The notes beneath the pieces were generated by a model, which was not told the DNA's origin, searched no databases, and saw nothing but the letters and a program-made list of their open reading frames with translations. A stretch of 64,000 bases of DNA from Verrucomicrobiota bacterium. Lineage in GTDB: Bacteria; Verrucomicrobiota; Lentisphaeria; JABSQK01; JAJFLO01. The stretch lies in the NCBI GenBank assembly GCA_021772615.1, contig JAJFLQ010000107.1, positions 19,924 to 83,923 of the forward strand, read 5' to 3'. Both the position numbers and the translations under genes were made by a program. Of the stretch, positions 46,494 through 55,902 are shown in pieces (positions within the stretch are counted from its first letter, which is position 1; the number at the start of each line of letters is the position of its first letter).

Positions 46494-47495
46494 ATGATGC
46501 GACTGGTGAAAATCACGCTTGCTGTAAGCGCTGTTGTGACCGCCTGCGCCGTTCTGGGCGTCGCTGCCGGATACCTACATAGCCGCACGTTGCAGACGCC
46601 GCCGACCATTGATGGAACTGAGGTGCTGAGCGATCCAATCCATCTCGGCGAACCGTTCCAGCTCCAGGTGACATCGACATCGCCGTGGCGCTACGGACGT
46701 CCGAAAGAGATCGAATTCGAGCCGCCGGACGGCATCGATGTTCTCCGCAGTGATGAGATCATCACATTGAGAAAGTTGGGCTTTGGCACCTGGACATGGA
46801 CCAGGGCATTGACGCTGCAGGTTTATGACTTCGGTCCATACACCGATCTTACTGCTGATATCCTATTTCATCCCCACGGTGCCGACGACGTGCACCGCGT
46901 CACGGCAGTGTTGCCGGACATTACCATCACGCCGAAGGTGCCGGACAAGACAAATGTCATACATACAGCTGACGAACTGAGCGACGACTATCTCAAGGGC
47001 GACGGCGCAGTCTCGCGGTGGTGGCTGCTGGTGCCGCTCCTGGTACTTGTTGCGGTCGCCTGCGGCTACATGGTGTTTCGCAGAAGCCGCGGCGCCGCTC
47101 ACGCGCCACCGCCGCCACCCTGGACTGTCGCCGAAACGGCACTGTACGATCTCGAGGATCGGCTGCCGCTGGACGCAGAAACCGTTTTTGTCGAGCTAAC
47201 GGACATCACCCGGCGATACATTGAGGCGGCCTACCAGCTGCCTGCTACGGAACGTACAACACCGGAATTTCTCAGGGAGCTGAACCGTGAAAAAAGCCGG
47301 CTCGGAACCGATCAACGTCTGATGCTGGCCGACTTCCTGAGCGCTGCGGATATGGTGAAGTTTGCGCGCCTTGACGCATCGGAATCGCAGATTAGAGACG
47401 CAATTGGCAAAGCCAAACGGTTCATATCCGAATCCGCGGCACCGCTCATTACGGCTGCGAAACTCGGCGACGCGGCAATTCGCGAGAAGGATTGA
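46494..47495 (+). CDS. membrane protein with DUF4381-like C-terminal region (Bat operon member)
   Basis: Signal-anchor, an extracytoplasmic domain, a second TM (WWLLVPLLVLVAVACGYMVF), then PPPPPW...ALYDLE...FLSAADMVKFAR, as in DUF4381 proteins. Confidence 0.7.
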   Translation: MMRLVKITLAVSAVVTACAVLGVAAGYLHSRTLQTPPTIDGTEVLSDPIHLGEPFQLQVTSTSPWRYGRPKEIEFEPPDGIDVLRSDEIITLRKLGFGTWTWTRALTLQVYDFGPYTDLTADILFHPHGADDVHRVTAVLPDITITPKVPDKTNVIHTADELSDDYLKGDGAVSRWWLLVPLLVLVAVACGYMVFRRSRGAAHAPPPPPWTVAETALYDLEDRLPLDAETVFVELTDITRRYIEAAYQLPATERTTPEFLRELNREKSRLGTDQRLMLADFLSAADMVKFARLDASESQIRDAIGKAKRFISESAAPLITAAKLGDAAIREKD

Positions 47496-47497
47496 AC

Positions 47498-48565
47498 ATG
47501 TTCGAACACCTTATCGGCAATAACGCATTTCGCATCGAAAGCCCGTGGTATCTTCTGTTTTTACCGATCCTGCTGCTGGCATTTCTGATCGCGGCAGGGC
47601 GCAGACGGCCGAGCCTGGTGGTGCCATCGCTGAAGCCGTATCGGTCATCGAAGATCCGCGGCAGCCGAGTGGTGTCCCCGATACTGGTACCGCAAATTTT
47701 GGAATGCCTGGGGGTGGTCATGCTGATTGTCGCGTTGATCCGCCCACAGTTCGGCATCGAAGAAACCGTCCGCAGAACAGAAGGCATCGATATCATGCTG
47801 GCCCTCGACCTGTCGGGGAGCATGAAGGCCTACGACCTGCCCGATTCTGCTTCCACACAACGCAAGATTGTAAAGCTCATGGAATCCGGCAAGCTCATCC
47901 CCCGTATAGATGTGGCACGCGAGGAGGTAAAGGCGTTCATCGACAAACGGCCCAACGACCGGATTGGCGTGCTCGGTTTTGCCGCCAGCACGTATACAGT
48001 TTGTCCGCCGACACTGGATCATGACTTTCTCAAGAGTAATCTCGACAGACTGGAAGCAGGCATGCTTCCGGACGGCACCGGTATCGCCGCACCGATTGCG
48101 AACGCGACCAATCGTCTTAAGGAATCGGATGCGAAGCGGCGCGTCATGGTATTGTTTACCGATGGCGAGAACAATGTGGATGCGCAGATTGCGCCACTGC
48201 AGGCGGCCAGGATCGCGCGCATGTTTGACGTAGTGATCCACACAGTCGGCATCGGTAGCCGCCGCGCTGTGATGCTGCGGAACGACATGTTCGGCCGCCA
48301 ACGCCTGGTCAACGCCGGGGTTGGCTTCGATCAGGAGTTAATCGAGAAAATCGCCGCGGAAACCGGCGGTTTATACTTCGCGGCACGCGACGCCGACGGG
48401 CTGCGGCATGTGATGAACGAGATCGACAAGCTGGAAAAAACCAGTCTCGAACAACCGACGTACATCGATTATCGCGAAATGTATCGCCCATGGCTGCTCG
48501 CCGGCGCCGTACTCGTACTGATCGCGTTCATCGCCGAATACACTGTTTTTCTTAAACTTCCATAG
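47498..48565 (+). CDS. batA: BatA-like vWA domain membrane protein
   Basis: N-terminal TMs, vWA MIDAS (LALDLSGSM), and a C-terminal TM. An alternative TTG start lies at 47492. Confidence 0.9.
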   Translation: MFEHLIGNNAFRIESPWYLLFLPILLLAFLIAAGRRRPSLVVPSLKPYRSSKIRGSRVVSPILVPQILECLGVVMLIVALIRPQFGIEETVRRTEGIDIMLALDLSGSMKAYDLPDSASTQRKIVKLMESGKLIPRIDVAREEVKAFIDKRPNDRIGVLGFAASTYTVCPPTLDHDFLKSNLDRLEAGMLPDGTGIAAPIANATNRLKESDAKRRVMVLFTDGENNVDAQIAPLQAARIARMFDVVIHTVGIGSRRAVMLRNDMFGRQRLVNAGVGFDQELIEKIAAETGGLYFAARDADGLRHVMNEIDKLEKTSLEQPTYIDYREMYRPWLLAGAVLVLIAFIAEYTVFLKLP

Positions 48566-48569
48566 CCTG

Positions 48570-50933
48570 ATGCATTTTCACAATTCATATACGATTCTTC
48601 ATCTCATCTGGATCATGCCGTTGCTGGCGCTCTTGACGTGGTATGGATGGAGCCGTCGTCGCCGGCGAGTCGCCATGATGATAGCAAATCCCGATCTTGC
48701 CGCCACGCTTACATCAACCGTGTCGACGACACGCCGGAGATGCCGGGACGTGCTGCTGCTGGTTGCATGCGGACTGCTGTTTATCGCCATGGGAGGACCG
48801 CGGTGGGGCACGAAACTGGTACCGCGACCGGCCCATACACGTGATATCATGGTCGTGCTCGACACGTCCCGAAGCATGCTTGCCCGGGACATCGCACCTT
48901 CGCGTCTACAACATGCGAAATGGTTTATCGGTCAACTCATAAACCAGACGCCGGGAGATCGGTACGGGCTCATCGCGTTCGCCGGCACGGCGTTTCTTGA
49001 GTGCCCGCTTACGCAGGACCGCAACGGTCTGGTACTGTTTCTCGAAGACATCGATACCGACACCATCCCCGCCGGCGGCACGAATATAGAAAACGCACTG
49101 ACCGAAGCCCTGAGAGCCTTTAAGGCAGCGGAAGGCCGCCACCGTGCCATCCTCCTGATCACGGACGGCGACGAGCTTCAGGGCGACACTGCGAAATTGC
49201 TGGACGAATTGAATGAGCGGAATATACCGCTGTATATTGTCGGGATCGGTGACCCCGATATCGGCAGTTTCATCCAGATCGAGGGTAACAAATTCATCAC
49301 GGACAATGACGGCAATCGCGTGCGATCAAAACTCAACGAGAAATCATTACAGAACGTCGCGGCCGCTGTCGGCGGTACCTACGTGCATTCGACTGTCGTC
49401 CATGACGGCGTGAACCATATCCTGAACAAAATCCGGTCCCTGGTACCGGAGCAACAAGAAGACAATGCCGTTTCACGTCCGATCGAACGGTACCAGGTGC
49501 CCCTGGTTGTGGCCGTGCTCTGCCTGCTGATGCGCATCATGACCGGCGAACGCCGACGAGACCCGAATGCGGGCTATAACCGGCCCGGCATTCGCGGCGG
49601 CTCCATGGCGTCGGTCGTGCCCGCACTGTTGCTGGCATCCGGTATGTGGTTGCGTTCGCAATCGGCGTTGGCAGCGCCGCCTGCCCCTCCGCCGGCGAAC
49701 TCGCCCGGGGAAACACAATCTGCGCCCCGCGAACTGGATGAAGAAACCGATGCCCCGACACGAGACACGTCACATAGCATCAATAACGTACCTGCTCTCG
49801 GCGATACAAACCTCCAGCCCCCCATGCAGGAACCGGATCAAACCACTACGATAGGGGACGAGAAGGCCGGGTTGGCACACCGCTCGATCGCGGCGATAAA
49901 GGAAAAACTCGCGACGATCGAAGATGACCCGTTTCAGGAGGCGTATCTCCACTACAATCTGGCGGTCAATTACCAGATGCTCGGTCAGATGGATAAGGCC
50001 GAAGAAGCGTATACCGCCGCTCTCGACCGCGAACCACGCAACACCACACTCAAGGCCTCGTCGTATCAGAATCTTGGCGCCATACAACATGCGAAAGCCA
50101 GGGAACTGATCGCGCGGGATCCAGACGAGGCAGACACCAACCTGGCCGGTGCCCGCGACTATTACCGGGAAGCACTGCGCCAGACGCCTGGAAACTCGGA
50201 TATCGCTGCGAATCTCGAACTTGTCGCACGCGACCGCCTTCTGGTCGAAGAGATTCGGAATATGCAGCAACAGCTCGGCGACCTCAGTGACGACGCAAAA
50301 GAAGCGGCAGAGGCAGCCCGGGAGCTACAGGAGCAAGCGAACAAGCAGGAAAATTCGAGTGAAGCCGCGGAGAAACAGAGCCAGGCGATGGACCAGACGC
50401 AGCAGGCAGAGGATGCCGCACGGGAGCTGGCGGAGGCGGCGCGCGAAATGGGACAATCACAGGCAGCGGAACAGGTCGACGATGCCGCGGACAGCCTGGC
50501 CAATGCGCGGAAAGCGCAGCAGCAGGCGCTGGAAGATCTGGCGCGCGGAGAGAAAGATAATGCTGGTAAATCCGGTGAGGAAGCCGGGGAACATATCGAT
50601 CAGGCCCTATCTAAACTCGGCGGCAAACCGCCCGAATCGCACCCGGGCGAAGATGACGAAGGCGAACAACAAACCGCCGAGCAACAGGACGAACAGGAAG
50701 AAAGCGACGACTCCGGTGAAGACATGGCCGGAATACAGGAAAACGAAGAAACCGAAGGTACAGAACAAACCGGGGCATCTTCGGCCGATCCATCGGCAGT
50801 CGAAAATCTCGACCGAATTCAGGCGCTACGCATTCTCGAAGACCTGCAACGTCAGGAGAAAGATCTGAAGCAGGAAATTAAGAAATTTCAAAAACAGAAT
50901 GCCAGGATTCAGGAAACAGATCGTAATTGGTAA
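48570..50933 (+). CDS. batB: BatB-like vWA protein fused to TPR (BatC-like) region and a long acidic Gln/Glu/Ala-rich tail
   Basis: MIDAS motif VVLDTSRSM, a central TM, TPR-like segments (AYLHYNLAVNYQMLGQMDKAEEAY), and a highly acidic C-terminal ~230 aa. Confidence 0.85.
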   Translation: MHFHNSYTILHLIWIMPLLALLTWYGWSRRRRRVAMMIANPDLAATLTSTVSTTRRRCRDVLLLVACGLLFIAMGGPRWGTKLVPRPAHTRDIMVVLDTSRSMLARDIAPSRLQHAKWFIGQLINQTPGDRYGLIAFAGTAFLECPLTQDRNGLVLFLEDIDTDTIPAGGTNIENALTEALRAFKAAEGRHRAILLITDGDELQGDTAKLLDELNERNIPLYIVGIGDPDIGSFIQIEGNKFITDNDGNRVRSKLNEKSLQNVAAAVGGTYVHSTVVHDGVNHILNKIRSLVPEQQEDNAVSRPIERYQVPLVVAVLCLLMRIMTGERRRDPNAGYNRPGIRGGSMASVVPALLLASGMWLRSQSALAAPPAPPPANSPGETQSAPRELDEETDAPTRDTSHSINNVPALGDTNLQPPMQEPDQTTTIGDEKAGLAHRSIAAIKEKLATIEDDPFQEAYLHYNLAVNYQMLGQMDKAEEAYTAALDREPRNTTLKASSYQNLGAIQHAKARELIARDPDEADTNLAGARDYYREALRQTPGNSDIAANLELVARDRLLVEEIRNMQQQLGDLSDDAKEAAEAARELQEQANKQENSSEAAEKQSQAMDQTQQAEDAARELAEAAREMGQSQAAEQVDDAADSLANARKAQQQALEDLARGEKDNAGKSGEEAGEHIDQALSKLGGKPPESHPGEDDEGEQQTAEQQDEQEESDDSGEDMAGIQENEETEGTEQTGASSADPSAVENLDRIQALRILEDLQRQEKDLKQEIKKFQKQNARIQETDRNW

Positions 50934-50967
50934 CACAGATTTTTTCCCGCAAACTTACGGAGAACCG

Positions 50968-53544
50968 ATGATCAGGTCAAAACGCATACCGTTACGAGGT
51001 TTCAGTATACGCCTCGCCGCCGTGCTGGCGCTCGTATCGGTGTACGCGCAGGCCAAACTATCTGTGGCCGTTAAACCCAATCCTGTTTTTGTCGGAGAAA
51101 GCGGGCAACTCGTCATCTCGTCGGACGACGGCGAACCCGATGTGCTGGACTTCCCGTCCGTAACCGGTATCCGCTGGCATCCGAATCAGGTGCAAAAACA
51201 GGTTAGTCTCACCGGAAACTTCAGCAGCATGACACGCACGACAACCGTGTCGTATGGCTTCTCGGCGCAACAACCCGGTACGTTCACGATCCCGGGGATC
51301 CCGGTAACCGTGAACAATCGCAAAGTCGTAACCAAGCCGTTGCAGCTGGTCGTAGAAAAACACCGGGTTACGACCAGCGGGAAGGCAGCGTCCCTTGATG
51401 ATCTGATCTTTATGCAGGTGACGTATAACGGCCGTGAGACTCCTCCGAAGTCATTGTATCTCGGCGCAGAACTTACCGTCACCATCAATCTGTACGTGGA
51501 CCAACGACTCGATATCCATACGAGTAATTTCAACCAGGCACGGAGCTTTACCAATCCGGAGAATTACTTCCCGGACGTCGCGTTGGAGAATGTGGTATTT
51601 CGCGATTATTCACACCAGAACAAATACAACAACAAATTTGCCTACCGCGACGGATCGAGTGCGATCGTCGACGGTCGACGGTTTCAGCTGTTTGTCTACC
51701 AGACGAGCGTGTCCGGCGTAGAAGTCGGCACGATCGAAGGGACAATCCGACATACAGTACCGTTCATAAATCCGGAACGGGAGCGTCGATCATCCCGTTC
51801 GAACCGGCGGAAGTCTCCATTCGATGATTTCTTCAGCGATGACTTTTTCGGTTTTCGCCAGCGCAATCAAATACTCACGCACGACCTCGAGACGGTGTTG
51901 CCGCCGATCGCCGTGCGCGCCGTGCCGGAAGACGAAAACAGCGACGGCCAATACCTCGGCCTGATCGGTGCGTGGACGATACAGCTCGCTACAGACAAAA
52001 AGACCGTAAGTGTCGGCGAAGATGTGGCATTAACCCTGTCGATATCCGGCGCCGGCAATATCAACAGCCTTATCGCCCCGAACCTTGACCTGCCCGGATT
52101 CCGCATCTATCCTCCGGAAGTGAACAGGGATTTGGGAGAGACCTCACGTGGCGAGGTTCGCTGGGTGTTGATTCCGCTAAGCGACGAAAGCCGACTGCCG
52201 GATTTTGCATACAAGACATTCGATCCCGAATCAGGGCGTTATCGCAGGCACGATTTTCATATTGATCTCAACGTCACGCCCGCAGCGGAACGCGGCGTTG
52301 TCGGGCCTCTCGTAGAAGACTACGGGAAAAACACGGGCGCGGAATCCGGCGAAACCAAGAAGCTGCATCAATCTACCGATATCCTGTATATCAAGAAGTC
52401 AGCCGGCAGCTACCTGGCGGTACCATTGTGGCGGAATGTAATCATACTTGTCGTAGCGGCCGGCGCCGGCCCGCCTCTGGGCTTTCTGGCGGTTCTGTTC
52501 TTCGTCGGCCGGCGTGAACGATTGAGCGGTAACGAAAGCCTGCGTCGCAGGCGCAATGCACTTAAGCGACGGAATGTCGTCTTTCGCCGGCTCAAAAATG
52601 CGTCTCAAGATGACATTGCAACGGTCGTTCGGGAGGAGCTGCTGCCCTACCTGGTAGCCGTCCTTAAATTGCCGCCTGGCGCGGGCACAGCGGAATTGTA
52701 CCGGCACATCGACGATCCCGAACTCGTGGGGTTGCTTGAACAGGCGGAGGCGGACGGTTTTATGCCTGGAGCCAGATCCAGGCTGGATGCAGCCCAACTC
52801 TTACAACGCGTAAAGCGCCTCTCGATTTTCCTTCTCTGCATTCTGTGGCCGATGGCGGCACAGTGCAACGATACAATGGAACAGGCGTCCGCCGCGTACG
52901 ACCAGGGGCGGCTCGGCGAGGCCGAGAGCCTCTACCGAAACATGGCGCGTGATGGTCACGACAATGCCGCGCTGCTGTTCAATCTGGGGAACTGCGCGTA
53001 CCGCAAGGGAGAGTACGGCGCCGCCGTGTATTATTACGAGCGCGCCAGGCGGCTGGCGCCGCGAGACAGCGACATTGTAGAGAATTTGAACTTCGTCAGG
53101 AGCCAGCTTAACTTGGTCCCTGTAAATCATAGTAGAACGCCGATAGACGCGCTGCGCGCACTGCGCGACAATCTGCGACCGGACGAATGGTTGGTAGCGG
53201 CAGCAGCGGCCTGGACGATATTCTGGCTAATGCTGAGCATCGGTCGGCACCGCGGCAGGACACCATGGGTTGCTGCCGTGGTCGCCATGGCCGTGGTGGT
53301 TGTGTCAGTGAGTCAGTACGCGCTGCAGCAAGGCAGTACGTATGCTCGCAACCAGGCCGTTATCGTGGCAGAAAATACGCCATTGTTCCGACTGCCGGGA
53401 CAGAATGAAAACGAAAAGGCAAAGATGGTGCTCGGCGCAGGCGAATCGGTATGGATAGTGGAGGAGCGTACGGAATGGTCACGCATTCGTATCGATCAGG
53501 CAGAAGGTTGGGTGCGAAATACCAGCGTTAATACGATCTGGTGA
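50968..53544 (+). CDS. batD: BatD-like oxygen-tolerance protein fused to TPR plus SH3b (BatE-like) C-terminus
   Basis: Signal peptide, BatD-like beta-rich ectodomains, TM helices, TPR (ALLFNLGNCAYRKGEYGAAVYYYERA), and a terminal SH3b-like segment (VWIVEERTEWSRIRIDQAEGWV). Confidence 0.8.
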   Translation: MIRSKRIPLRGFSIRLAAVLALVSVYAQAKLSVAVKPNPVFVGESGQLVISSDDGEPDVLDFPSVTGIRWHPNQVQKQVSLTGNFSSMTRTTTVSYGFSAQQPGTFTIPGIPVTVNNRKVVTKPLQLVVEKHRVTTSGKAASLDDLIFMQVTYNGRETPPKSLYLGAELTVTINLYVDQRLDIHTSNFNQARSFTNPENYFPDVALENVVFRDYSHQNKYNNKFAYRDGSSAIVDGRRFQLFVYQTSVSGVEVGTIEGTIRHTVPFINPERERRSSRSNRRKSPFDDFFSDDFFGFRQRNQILTHDLETVLPPIAVRAVPEDENSDGQYLGLIGAWTIQLATDKKTVSVGEDVALTLSISGAGNINSLIAPNLDLPGFRIYPPEVNRDLGETSRGEVRWVLIPLSDESRLPDFAYKTFDPESGRYRRHDFHIDLNVTPAAERGVVGPLVEDYGKNTGAESGETKKLHQSTDILYIKKSAGSYLAVPLWRNVIILVVAAGAGPPLGFLAVLFFVGRRERLSGNESLRRRRNALKRRNVVFRRLKNASQDDIATVVREELLPYLVAVLKLPPGAGTAELYRHIDDPELVGLLEQAEADGFMPGARSRLDAAQLLQRVKRLSIFLLCILWPMAAQCNDTMEQASAAYDQGRLGEAESLYRNMARDGHDNAALLFNLGNCAYRKGEYGAAVYYYERARRLAPRDSDIVENLNFVRSQLNLVPVNHSRTPIDALRALRDNLRPDEWLVAAAAAWTIFWLMLSIGRHRGRTPWVAAVVAMAVVVVSVSQYALQQGSTYARNQAVIVAENTPLFRLPGQNENEKAKMVLGAGESVWIVEERTEWSRIRIDQAEGWVRNTSVNTIW

Positions 53545-54308
53545 ACCGAGAGCAAGGAATGGCGCCATTGCAGCTGGATGACCTCCGGGAGTCTCTGATT
53601 CGACAGGAGGAAACGATCATTTTCGCCCTGATCGAACGGGCACAATTCAAGCACAATCCCACGATATACCGCGACAACGCTATTGAGATCCAGGGGTTTG
53701 ACGGCTGTTTTACGCGATTTCTGCTATGGGAAACCGAGAGAATTCACGCTCGAGTGCGGCGTTATACGAGCCCGGATGAACACCCCTTTTGTGACAATCT
53801 GCCACCGCCGATTCTGCCGCCTGTCGATTGTCCGCAGCAGATTGTAGATACAGACATAAACATAAACGTAGAGATATTTGAACACTACTGCTACCGCATC
53901 ATACCGGAAATATGCGTTGCGGGGGACGACGGTCACTATGGCTCCAGCGCGACGGCGGATGTGACCGTGCTGCAGGCGCTTTCGAAGCGCATTCACTACG
54001 GCAAGTTTGTTGCCGAATCCAAGTTCCAACAGTCGCCAAGCGTCTACGCGCGACTCATATCCACGGGCGATGCGACGGAAATTTTAGCGGCGCTCACACA
54101 CCGCGAAGTCGAAGAGCGCCTGTACAAGCGGGTAGAATTGAAGGCAGCGACGTACGGTCGCGACATCGGGGAATCGGATGAACCGGTGAAATTCAAAATC
54201 GCACCGGATAAAATCACGGATCTCTACCGCCAGTGGATTATCCCCGTGACGAAACAGGTGGAGGTCGACTATCTCTTGCGCCGTGGCACAAACAAGGTTA
54301 ACACATGA
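53541..54308 (+). CDS. chorismate mutase, long AroQ type resembling yeast/plant (Aro7-like) enzymes
   Basis: Collinear over the full ~250 aa with yeast Aro7p and plant CM (IRESLIRQEETIIFALIERAQF, RRYTSPDEHPF, LQALSKRIHYGKFVAESKFQ, IPVTKQVEVDYLLRR). The GTG start overlaps the batD stop (GTGA); an alternative ATG lies at 53559. Confidence 0.88.
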   Translation: MNREQGMAPLQLDDLRESLIRQEETIIFALIERAQFKHNPTIYRDNAIEIQGFDGCFTRFLLWETERIHARVRRYTSPDEHPFCDNLPPPILPPVDCPQQIVDTDININVEIFEHYCYRIIPEICVAGDDGHYGSSATADVTVLQALSKRIHYGKFVAESKFQQSPSVYARLISTGDATEILAALTHREVEERLYKRVELKAATYGRDIGESDEPVKFKIAPDKITDLYRQWIIPVTKQVEVDYLLRRGTNKVNT

Positions 54309-54348
54309 TGAGCCATGCAACGACGAGACGGCCGGGAGAACATAAATC

Positions 54349-54801
54349 ATGACATGCAACATTATACCGGCAACGCTGTGTCTCTTGCTGCTTACCTGTG
54401 GCTGTGGACGAGATGCAGAAGATTCATCCGAGACTGCAACGCAATCTGCCGACGCAGGCGCACGTGTCTCTACCATCCCTTCGGTCGCGGTATTTGAGCA
54501 GACACTGTCGGATAACCACATCGTCATGGTCGACTTCTACGCGGACTGGTGTGGCCCTTGCAAAGTACTTAAACCCATTATCAGCGACGTTGCGGCAGAT
54601 TTCGAAGGCGAGGTAAAGGTTGTGGCCGTGGATATCGACGCGCTTGGAGCGCTCGCACAGCAATTCAATATCCAATCAATACCTACGGTCAATGTCTTCC
54701 GGCTCGGGAAACTCGAAGCATCTATTGTCGGCGTGCGCACCAAGTCTGACTATGTCGACGTCATTAAATCACTCCTAAAAATGGACGCGACGCAGCCGTA
54801 A
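54349..54801 (+). CDS. exported or lipid-anchored thioredoxin
   Basis: WCGPC active site and an N-terminal hydrophobic signal ending LLLLTCGCG (possible lipobox). Confidence 0.88.
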   Translation: MTCNIIPATLCLLLLTCGCGRDAEDSSETATQSADAGARVSTIPSVAVFEQTLSDNHIVMVDFYADWCGPCKVLKPIISDVAADFEGEVKVVAVDIDALGALAQQFNIQSIPTVNVFRLGKLEASIVGVRTKSDYVDVIKSLLKMDATQP

Positions 54802-54822
54802 TGTATCCGCGACAAGCGATTT

Positions 54823-55665
54823 TTATTGCGTCACGACCACCCATTGGTCCGGTCGGCTGCGAACCATGTGTTCGATATGGCCATCTCCCATCAACACGTT
54901 GAAACCCAACCGGTGGTGATACCCGACACGTCGAAAACCGCTTAAGGGTTTGTCGTTTATGGGACCGTGATCGGTGCCGTCAAAACGACGTATGCCGCTC
55001 ACCGTTGCAGCCATCCCCCCCCCCGCGATATCCATGATATTCACTTTGTCCGCAGGATTCTGAACCTGTTGGATGCGGATCGGCTTCGTTGTGGTTCCCC
55101 ATCCCCAGGACTTGTCAGGATCCGTGCTGATCGCCGCACCATCCCATTTGCCGGGTTCAATGATGTTGCGGATGTAACTGGCCTGCACGATCGTATTGTC
55201 GCCTCCCGACGGATTGAAATGATCGTCGTCGCCCAACGACGGACAGAGGAATACGTCCTTATCAGGAAGAAGTTCCGCGTACATGTAATTAATCCAGTGA
55301 TTGTAGTTCTTGTCGTTCTCCGTGTCTTCAAATTTCCCTGGCATGACATATTGACCGTATTCATCAGAATAGCTGTACGATGCGATGCCGATTTGCCTCA
55401 GGTTATTGGCGCAATGTACCTGACGGGCTTTTTCGCGTGCACGTAGAACCGACGGAAGAAGCAGCGAGGCGAGAATCGCAATGATGGTAAGTACAACCAG
55501 AAGTTCTATCATGGTGAATCCGGATCGATGCGCTGACTCGCAAACCTGCGGCGTGTTCCGGCGGTGCAGACGATATGTGCACAACGAATCAGCAGGAACC
55601 GGATCCGACATAGGGTCGAGTGTGAACGGTCGCAACATGAATACCTTATCCGCTATCGGCTTCAT
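54823..55665 (-). CDS. prepilin-type N-terminal cleavage/methylation domain protein (DUF1559 / H-X9-DG type)
   Basis: [25 protein letters not shown], and a C-terminal [17 protein letters not shown] motif (H-X9-DG). The leader in the track ORF is unusually long, so the true start may be internal. Confidence 0.85.
   Translation of the reverse strand: MKPIADKVFMLRPFTLDPMSDPVPADSLCTYRLHRRNTPQVCESAHRSGFTMIELLVVLTIIAILASLLLPSVLRAREKARQVHCANNLRQIGIASYSYSDEYGQYVMPGKFEDTENDKNYNHWINYMYAELLPDKDVFLCPSLGDDDHFNPSGGDNTIVQASYIRNIIEPGKWDGAAISTDPDKSWGWGTTTKPIRIQQVQNPADKVNIMDIAGGGMAATVSGIRRFDGTDHGPINDKPLSGFRRVGYHHRLGFNVLMGDGHIEHMVRSRPDQWVVVTQ
55015..55024. repeat. G10 homopolymer (coding strand) inside the pseudopilin CDS
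   Basis: C10 on the plus strand, read directly. It encodes AGGG in DIAGGGMAA. Confidence 0.95.
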
Positions 55666-55902
55666 TATTCGCTAAAAGCGAAGAGATCTGTTCTCGTCCG
55701 TCGGCGTTGCGCGACCGGCGCCGCCCCCGCAGGTGCGCGGAGATAAACGGCCAACGGCGAATGTGTTCCCGCATTACGGGCTTTAAATCAGCCGAGATCG
55801 TTTATATACTATCACGGCTTTTACGAATTCGCAGGTGGTACGGCAAAACTATCGTCGTACGTCGAACAACAACATGGATCACCCCAAACCAACGTTAAAA
55901 TC

